Part shown: piece by piece, positions 59,642-64,000 of the stretch
Numbering within the stretch: position 1 is the first letter of the stretch
Layout of the letters: each line of letters starts with the position of its first letter
Source: Eledone cirrhosa
Taxonomy: Eukaryota
Direction: 5' to 3'
Length of the DNA: 64,000 bases
NCBI GenBank assembly: GCA_964016885.1
Contig: OZ024743.1
Location: 301,630,001 to 301,694,000, forward strand
Position numbers and translations under genes: made by a program
Notes under the pieces: model-generated
Seen by the model: the letters and a program-made list of their open reading frames with translations, nothing else
The model's database searches: none
What the model was told of the DNA's origin: nothing

Positions 59642-60540
59642 TCTACTTATATATATAACCAGCAATTTCTCTGTCTGTCTGTCCGACAGTGGAATCACGT
59701 GCGTAGAGAGAGAGTGAGAGTGAAAGAAAGAGACAGACTACGAGAAGGGGATAACGGGAGGGAGAGAGAGAGAGTGAATAGACGCTAAAACACGTGCTAC
59801 ATAAATATTACCTTCCCCTCTCCACTGACTTTGGTCACTGAGGCCGAGGGAATCGCTGGTTGCTATAGAGACACCTTGCACAAGCCAGAAGTAACCAGTT
59901 CGAGGCGGTTCTGACTTGACACCATGCGAAGAAGGTTTCCATTGAATTTGTGGTTGTTGCTGCTGATAATAAGGACCATTGGAAGAAGGTTGCTGCTGGA
60001 TGAGGTAATTTATTAATCAGATTGCGCAGTTCCATAACCTACGTTTGATTTGTTCAATTTTTTTCTTCAATTTTTTTGTTGTTTTTTTATTTCTTATTGA
60101 AAAAATATAAATAATAAAATAAGGTTAGAAATTTAAATACAATTAAATACGATTTAATTTCCATTTCCAGCAGCCAATGTCCAGATTTCAATTTCATGAA
60201 AAAATTGGAAATAATTAAAAAAATGAAATTTAACTTTTGAACATTTGTTTTGACAATAAAAAAACATTTCCTTATTCACACCTAATGGTATGATTAAAAT
60301 TTCATAGGAATATTTTTTTCTAACCGCCAGTTATTTATTTTCTCCTTTTTCGTTTTAACATATATTTATTTCAAAGATTTCACCGTATATATAACATATA
60401 TATGTAACATGCATAAAAGACACACCGAGAGACGGTGAACATAGTGGTGCCGAAAACATTTCTCATCCAAATATCTACAATATCAGTATATACACTAGAT
60501 TTGCTAGCAGAAAACCGCCCTCCGGGTGGTTTTCTGCTAG
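59642..60540 (+). mobile_element. Non-autonomous Helitron
   Basis: A|TCtacttatatatataa start followed by (TCTG)n; ends in a hairpin plus CTAG|T. Confidence 0.7.
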
Positions 60541-60790
60541 TCTATATATATAAAATTGATGTTGTCTGTGTGTCCTCATTTTTGCAAAGTCTATACAAAT
60601 CCTCATGTCTACTCCGATTGACTTCAACCTTACATTTATATATTCCTTGCGGTCTAAAGATACTAACTGCAGCTTTTATTTTTCAATTTTCTGTTGTTAA
60701 AGGGGTGTTATCGATCTCCGTCGACCACTTATAATATATGTATGTATGTCTAGCTGTCTGCATAACGACACTCTGACGAACACGTCATTG
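60541..60790 (+). mobile_element. Helitron 5' fragment directly abutting the previous CTAG
   Basis: TCtatatatataaaa...gtctgtgtgtc start, like the other Helitron heads in the window. 3' end not found. Confidence 0.55.
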
Positions 60791-60838
<48 letters not shown>

Positions 60839-60839
60839 T

Positions 60840-61197
60840 ATGATTATGTAATAAACAACATAAGGCAATTATTCCATTTACCAGTGGTTTCTTAAAAGCA
60901 AAAGGTTTTGCTTTCAATCCTCAGAATGAAAAATCCTGGTTTGTTTATTGAATTTGGATTCTAAAAACAAAAATGCAATCTATATGAAAGTGAGGCTGGA
61001 AAACGGAGAAGGAAAGGAAAAATAAAATAAAACTACACATGCAAACACACACACAAAAAAACACAAAAGCATACTTACACACACATACATATATACATAT
61101 ATATAAATGTACGCATACATATATACATATACACATATATATATAAAACGTACACCTACACACACATACACACACATATACACATACATACATTCAT

Positions 61198-61247
<50 letters not shown>

Positions 61248-61262
61248 ACACACATATATATA

Positions 61263-61306
<44 letters not shown>

Positions 61307-61730
61307 CACACACATACACACACACACACATGTGTGTGTACAAGCATACACATACACAGACATAGCCATACACACACACACATATATATACACATACATA
61401 CATTCACACAAACATACAACGTACATACATACACATACATGAATGCACTCCTCTACATATTCACACACGCAAATAAATATAAGAAAAAAATATATAAATA
61501 TATATAAAAAAATGTTTGACACCGATACATGTCCCAGCTAACAGGACAGACACGCGTGGTAAGTAATACACACAAAAGCACATATACATACGTACGAAAT
61601 AGTAAACACATACACACACTCTCACACATAAATATACATATACAAATACATAAACACGTACATACACATACATACACAAACACGCACACGTATACAATAT
61701 AAACACACACATGTATATGTAATTATATAT

Positions 61731-61745
<15 letters not shown>
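60840..61745 (-). mobile_element. Solo Penelope-type pLTR with an intact HHR and mixed (CA/TA) repeats
   Basis: 60855-60941 is homologous to 63391-63480, which belongs to the pLTR of a GIY-YIG-coding element. Confidence 0.65.
60873..60930 (-). ncRNA. Type I hammerhead ribozyme, intact
   Basis: ttcatt-CTGAGGA-ttgaaagcaaa-acct-tttgcttttaa-GAAAC-cactg-GTA-aatgga. 11-bp stem II; stem III is ACC/GGT. Confidence 0.85.
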
Positions 61746-61771
<26 letters not shown>

Positions 61772-62034
61772 ATGTAGGAGGTGAGTTTTATTGTAGTACA
61801 ATAAAGCAATGCAGATATCGGATAAGAAGCACTCTACAGTTTGTGGGACTGGAGTATGCATAATATAAGATCAAAAGATAGTTAAAGGAGTTCCATATAT
61901 TTTATTATGCGCATTTCAAAACAATTTTTCTCTTCGCTAATTTTGAAATTGCCACAATACATACATTTCTTCTTTTGACGTTAGAATATTCACCCACAAT
62001 TATTATTTTTTTCTCTCTATCTTCATACATAATT

Positions 62035-62440
62035 TCCCTTCGTTAATTTTCAAATTCCTTTAATTTATACATTATCTTCCAACGGTTCCCAACCTCTCTA
62101 TATTAAAACAATATATCTTTTTCTCAGTTATAAAAACTATCTCTTTCTCTCTATCACCCATCTCTCCCTCTCCACCTTCACTCTCATCTCCTCCCCCCTT
62201 TTTTTCACCCCCCCCCCCTCCCTAAATAAAATATTTTTTCCTCGCACATATCCTCCCTTTGTTAATTTTCAAAATTTTGAGTTTATACAGTATCTTCCAA
62301 CGGTTTTCAACCCCTCTATGTAAAAAATATATCTCCTCTCAGTTATAAAAACTATCTCTTTCTCTCTATCACCCATCTCTCCCTCTCATCTCCTTCCCTT
62401 TTCATCCTCCCCCCCCCCTCTCTAAATAAAATATTTTTCC
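62035..62440. repeat. Tandem duplication of about 220 bp, pyrimidine-rich
   Basis: 62035-62240 is repeated at about 62255-62440. Confidence 0.85.
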
Positions 62441-62634
62441 CAATATCACACATCAATCTAAAACCACTTTTCATATGTTGATTTAAAACTGCACTATCAA
62501 CAAGTGTTTTTTAGCCTTCATATCATGTTCTCCTGTTTTATCTGATGAAAACACAAATAGTATTGCTTGATGATGTTTGTTTTTGAAATGCGCATAATAA
62601 AATATATGGAACTCCTTTAACCATCTTTTGATCT

Positions 62635-62671
<37 letters not shown>

Positions 62672-62690
62672 CAAAAATATAAAAATATAA

Positions 62691-62750
<60 letters not shown>

Positions 62751-62810
62751 ATACATACATAAAAATAAATAAATGCACACGCACACATATACATACATAC
62801 ATATATATAT

Positions 62811-62845
<35 letters not shown>

Positions 62846-63207
62846 AATGAGACGTATAGAGATTGTTTTAGCAAGAAGCTAACGGCATTCTATAACATAT
62901 ATGCGACTATAACGTCAAGATGGGAAAAGTAGTTAACGAAAGATTTAGGAAAAAATAAGTCAAACTCATCTCAAAAGAGAATCAGGATACAAATTCATCC
63001 ACAGAATTTAGTAAAATCCATGGAAAAATCTATAGACCTTTAACTCATGATAAAACAAAGTTTGAAACACTTATCCTTCAATTTGGAATAACATCAAATG
63101 CTCTGTATAGTCTTAAAAGACTATTTCATGAAAACTTTCAGTGGAGATGGTCACGGTTGGAATATCATTCATCAGCAGAGCTCAACAGAAAACCAGGGCT
63201 CTCACAG

Positions 63208-63264
<57 letters not shown>

Positions 63265-63329
63265 CACGTACACATACACACATGCATACACATACACACA
63301 CACATATACATGTGTGTATGTGTAAAGCT

Positions 63330-63541
63330 CAGTATTAGATAAGACAAATGAACCTTACGTAAACGTATATATAGTAGTAAAGTAATAAAGCAACACAAGG
63401 CAATTAATCCATTCACCAGAGGTTTCTTAAAAGCAAAAAAAGTGTCCTTCAATCTTCAGAATGAAAAAAAAGCCTGGTTTATCCACATATACATACATAT
63501 ACACACACAAATATACAATTATATACACACATACACACACG

Positions 63542-63621
<80 letters not shown>

Positions 63622-63627
63622 AATATA

Positions 63628-63659
<32 letters not shown>

Positions 63660-64000
63660 CACATATATATATACACACAAAAATACATACACATACACAT
63701 ATGTATGTGAAGGGCAAAACAAAAAGAATATATGGGGGGGGGGGGGCATAAGAGAAGGTAAAATATAAGGGGAGGTAGGGGAGAAAAACATTTTGTAAAT
63801 ATACAAGAGTACAGAAGGTAGAGTCAGCAAAATAAAAACCGTAGCAAAAGTAAAGAGCAGAGAAGGAGTTCAAGGCGGTTGATTTCTCATAGGAGTGTCA
63901 ATCCAGTTACAGATCAGATGCGATTTCAGATGAGGACAGCATCTGAAGATCTCAGTCTTTGAGTTAAGGCAAGCGGAAGTGGCTCTCAAGTTTAGCAAAA
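63330..64000 (-). mobile_element. 3' end of a Penelope-like element (Naiad type) continuing past the window edge
   Basis: Minus-strand frame 63998-63870 reads LLNLRATSACLNSKTEIFRCCPHLKSHLICNW...PP*, matching the TEMFTSCPHMKSHL end of the 26.9-kb element. pLTR HHR at 63408-63465 has a non-cleavable GUG triplet. Confidence 0.8.

Noticed and set aside
59835-60035. Captured exon inside the Helitron
   Set aside because: Short ORF with no recognisable domain or splice signals; cannot be supported without a search.

Overview
Eukaryotic (metazoan), AT-rich DNA made almost entirely of transposable elements and (TA)n/(CA)n/(TAA)n microsatellites, with one 200-N assembly gap (44469-44668). The SINE family and repeat landscape resemble octopus/cephalopod DNA; this is an inference. 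No host gene is supported. Contents from left to right: a CR1-type LINE with two lesions (1-2936); a head-to-tail pile-up of seven R4/Dong-clade retrotransposon copies from two families, joined at (TAA)n tails (3695-16240); four Penelope-like elements of Naiad type (RT and/or GIY-YIG coding remnants); non-autonomous Helitrons; a hAT MITE with an exact 8-bp TSD; tRNA-derived SINEs; and a decayed L1/Tx1 LINE. The most interesting signal is invisible in the ORF track: many type I hammerhead ribozyme (HHR) motifs in non-coding units embedded in (TA)n. These include (i) an apparently identical 310-bp tandem array, each unit with an intact minimal HHR (44669-45529, running into the gap); (ii) a second tandem-plus-inverted HHR family at two loci (42671-43690, 56379-57628) with an internal (TA)n, a covarying hairpin and a conserved ATGCAAAT octamer; and (iii) two HHRs sharing a non-canonical CCGAUGA core, a long stem II and an ACAAUUGU stem III. 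Together they look like a retrozyme (circular-RNA-forming, non-autonomous retroelement) system that depends on the neighbouring Penelope-like elements. All structures and alignments were worked out by eye, so element boundaries are approximate.
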